Shown piece by piece: positions 36,642 through 39,987 of a DNA stretch of 39,987 bases (within the stretch, counting starts at the first letter, position 1; the number at the start of each line of letters is the position of its first letter). Source of the DNA: Chiloscyllium plagiosum (Eukaryota); NCBI RefSeq assembly GCF_004010195.1, contig NC_057728.1, positions 49,425,260-49,465,246 on the forward strand, read 5' to 3'. Under the pieces are notes generated by a model. The model was not told the origin of the DNA, made no database searches, and saw only the letters and a program-made list of their open reading frames with translations. The position numbers were made by a program, and so were the translations under genes.

Positions 36642-37914
36642 AATACAATGCAGAACCTGTCCAGGTACCTTTTTTTAGCAAAGTGTCTGTTCTGGGATCA
36701 CTTGAGTTATTTTCATTTTCCTATGTGTTCAATGTCAGTAACTTTTAAAATTTTTAAAAATTATATATTCATTTAAATGCCTGTGGACTGTTTCAAAAAG
36801 TACTTGGGTTAATGGAATATTGGCTCTTTCCTGCAGGTAGGAACACGAGAAGTTGTTGAATTGCTTAAAATTCTTCAGACCCCATTTTCAGTAACTGGCT
36901 ACAGTACTGGGCACTACTCCTGGGGAAGGGTTTTTGGAGTTGTTGTTATGCCAATTCACCTTGACCAAATCAGGGTTTGGAATTAGAGGACAAATTGCAT
37001 ACTCTGACCTGCTGAATATAGAAGATCTAAAGACTGATCTTAAGGTACTTAAAAGGGTTGATTGAACACAGGAGGACAATTTTTTTTCTATGATTTAATT
37101 GATCTGTAGTGGGTTATGTTAAGTTTGGTCACTGATCTTCGTTCAGTTTACCTGATTGCTGAAGCCTGTGGGTGGAGTTGGATCCTAACTGATACCATAG
37201 TGATTATCCTGGAATCTATGCTGAGGGCATGTATGTAGAAATCCTGTGACTTATTTTTAAAATACTGTAAACCAACTTGTCAATTTAGAATGTCATTTCC
37301 ACATTGAGCAGGGATAAGTCAAAAATACAGCAAACTGGCAAATGTTTAACTGCAGTTTAGGAGTATGGGATAAAGTGGTATAATCTTAAAATTATCAACA
37401 TGCCACTTAGGGTGGTTAGGAAAGTGCAATTTCACACCAGGGAGGGGCAAATTTCTTACTCATCAAAGAAAGCAATTTGCAGTCAATGGAAAATTTCAAA
37501 ACTTTTTTTATCCTTTTTTTAAAATTGCCTGTTAGTCACATTTTTGCTTTTGTACCTTGTGCACAATTCAGAACAAATCTTTTTAGTGTGATTTTTATAT
37601 TTACATTGTCTTAAGCCTCAAGTATTTCATAAAAATTATTATCAGACATAAGTTTGATACTGGGCCATGTAAATTAGGGCAAATTAGTAAGCGCTTCACC
37701 AGGGCTAGGTTTCAAGGAGCAACCTAGAGGAGGGAATGGTAGCGGTTTAGGGTGGGAATTTGGAGTTGAGCCTGAGATGTGGGGGTGCCAAGTGCCAGTG
37801 GTGGAGCAATTTCCTTCTCTTCTGCCCCACCCTTACCTTTTTTTTTACTTCACCCTAAATTTGTTCAAGCCAAGTTTCTGCAAGTTTCCCTGAGGCACCC
37901 CCCCTCCCCTCCCC

Positions 37915-38110
37915 CCTCACCATCCTGACTTGGAACTATGTGACTTTCCCTTCATTGTCCTTAGCCAGAGTTCTGGAAGTTCCTCCCCAACAGCATTGTG
38001 TATCTCCCTACACATAGACTGCAGTGGGGTTCAATAAGGCAGCTCACTATCACAAGTTCAGTTAGTGATGGACAATAAATACTCACCAGTGAAGCTAAAA
38101 TCCCATGAAA
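37915..38110 (+). mobile_element. L2/CR1-group LINE 3' tail
   Basis: 'catcctgacttggaactat...ccttcattgtc...ggttcaataaggcagctcac' is the family tail. Confidence 0.7.
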
Positions 38111-38609
38111 GAAAATATGAAATTGGAAACACTGATCTCGAAATGGAAATTTGTAAGGGCCATAAATTGCTAATATGGCTAGCATCACCTTGCATCTGAT
38201 GTTCTAGGCTTGACTACTGTGATTCTGTCTTGATCAGCCACCTATTTTCTATAAATCTAACTTTTTTTTGAATGTGGGAAGAAATTTGAGGAAGTAATCA
38301 AGAATAACACACCAGTCTTGTGTTTTCAGAGTATAATATCATCCCCTTTTTTTAAAAAAAAAGTTAAAAGGTGTTTAGTATTAATCCTAGTCTTGTATGC
38401 AGGAACAGAATTTTGTGGATGAAGTGGAACGTTTTGCAGTAGTTGGTGAATATCCCACTTCTGACCTTTTAACCTTAGAATTGAACCAATAAATGGGAAC
38501 TTGCATTCCTGCCACAAGGTCCTGACAATGATCATTTTCAACAAAAGAATCTAACCATCACCTGTTGATGATTAATGGCTGGGGAGTTACTTTTCAAAGT
38601 AGAAACTAA

Positions 38610-38736
38610 GAGAAAGTGAGGACTGCAGATGCTGGAGATCAGAGCTTAAAAATGTGTTGCTGGAAAAGCGCAGCAGGTCAGGCAGCATCAAAGGAACAGG
38701 AGAATCAATGTTTCGGGCATAAGCCCTTCCTGAAAG
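38610..38736 (-). mobile_element. Short Penelope-like element with 12-bp TSD
   Basis: TSD AGTAGAAACTAA at 38598-38609 and 38737-38748. Same family as 17371-17457. Minus strand GAA-GGGC-TTAT-GCCC-GAAAC is truncated within the hammerhead core. Confidence 0.8.
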
Positions 38737-39025
38737 AGTAGAAACTAAACCAGCCACATGGGGGGATGGGGAAATGTCTACAAAAGCAGGTCAGAGACTG
38801 AGAATTGTTTATTTTTCCCTGGGCCTGAGCAATATCTACAAGGCACAAGTCAGGACTATGACAGAAGATTCTGGATCAGTGGTGCTGGAAGAGCACAGCA
38901 ATTCAGGCAGCATCCGGATTCCCCACCTGCATGGATGAGGACAACTTGAACAGCATTCAGTCAACGTTTTGCAGGACAAACAGCTCTCTTGATTGCTTGT
39001 CCACCTTTTTTAAAAATTCACTTCT

Positions 39026-39114
39026 AAACAAAAACACATTACTGGACAAGCTCAGCAGGTTTGTGGAGCAAAACCAGAATTAATGTTTCCAGTCCAGTGA
39101 CCCATCCTCAGAAC
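39026..39114 (-). mobile_element. Short Penelope-like element with hammerhead core, nested in an L2/CR1-group relic (~38915-39280)
   Basis: Minus strand TGTT-CTGAGGA-T-GGGTC-ACTG-GACTG-GAAAC-ATT-AATT (CTGAGGA = 39105-39111). Confidence 0.7.
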
Positions 39115-39279
39115 ATTTACTTCCTCCTTCACTGTACAGTGGAAGCAATGTGTACCATCTATACGATGCACTACACAACTTGGCAATGGCTCCTTTAACA
39201 GCACCTTCCAAACTGTCAGCCTCTCCCATTCAAGAGTAACCGATAATAAGACCTTCTGTAAGTTTCCCCACCAAGCTGT

Positions 39280-39987
39280 TGCATTGTTTTGGAAAAAGTC
39301 AAAACCACAGCAGTTTAAAAGAAGAGCAGACAAAGGAAGCACATGGTGAGGTCAGTGCAGGGGAGAGAGAGAGAGAACCTGCACAGTTACCGCCTTTGCT
39401 GTTTGTATTCGTGTATTGCTGGACATCGGTGTGCATCTGGGAAAATTAACAAACAGTGAAATTCACAACTAATCTTGGAGGAACTGTTGGGCGAAGTTCA
39501 CAGCACAGAATCAGATAAGTTAATTGTTGTTTTAAGTCTGTCCAAGAGAGAGGCTGCAGTAGTGAGTATAGTGGATTCTTTCTTGATTATGTTTTTGGAG
39601 ATAAGTCTCTTGATTAAACTTAAAATATAAGCCATCACTATTAATTTAACCTGGGGCAGTGTTTGTAGAGGAATAAGACGGTGTTATTTTCTGGGTCTGT
39701 AGATTGTGAAGGAGCAAAAATGACCTTTGCAGTGATATGTACTTCTTGTCAGATATGGGAGTTTAAAGAGAATTTAAGGGTTACTGCGGATTATATCTGC
39801 CATAGATGTTGTTGGATGCGAATCTTATCAGACCGAGTGGATCAGTTGGAGAGACAGATAGAAGCGATGAGCAATGTGCAACAGCAGCAGTATATGATGG
39901 ATGGCAGTTATAGGAAGGGGGGAAAGTCTCAGATACAAACATATAGATAGGTTAACTCCAGGAAGGGTAAGAGAGGTAGGCAGCTAG
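39280..39987 (+). mobile_element. 5' end of a CR1 LINE (5' UTR and start of ORF1), continuing beyond the window
   Basis: ~440-bp leader followed by the ORF1 zinc finger/leucine zipper. The 5' boundary is approximate. Confidence 0.75.
39720..39987 (+). pseudogene. CR1 ORF1 N-terminus (CxxC...CxxC zinc finger and leucine zipper) with premature stop
   Basis: MTFAVICTSCQIWE...DYICHRCCWMRILSDRVDQLERQIEAM. TAG at 39948-39950 lies where CR1 ORF1 usually has Trp, and the frame continues VNSRKGKRGRQL. Confidence 0.8.

Noticed and set aside
36837..36893. L27-domain-like peptide (VELLKILQTP / RPHFQ)
   Set aside because: The resemblance needs two different frames and there is no convincing donor, so it is likely chance.

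Overview
Repeat-rich, AT-rich vertebrate non-coding DNA. The HE1-type V-SINE, Deu-domain SINEs and CR1/L2-group LINE relics point to a cartilaginous fish (shark). I find no intact host protein-coding exon. Nearly all listed ORFs are spurious or decayed retroelement fragments. The window is probably part of a long intron or intergenic region. It holds nested CR1, L2-group, Tx1/L1, solo-LTR-like and SINE insertions, and the 5' end of a CR1 element (ORF1 zinc finger) at the right edge. The most notable signal is about ten short Penelope-like elements from at least four sequence families. Most carry a minimal hammerhead-ribozyme core (CUGANGA-helix II-GAAA) in various states of decay. Three are fold-back inverted repeats and several have target-site duplications (TSDs). 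A repeat-poor, CpG-retaining segment at ~6.05-8.1 kb looks like a promoter or enhancer. Repeat family names come from motif recognition only, and boundaries of old repeats are approximate.
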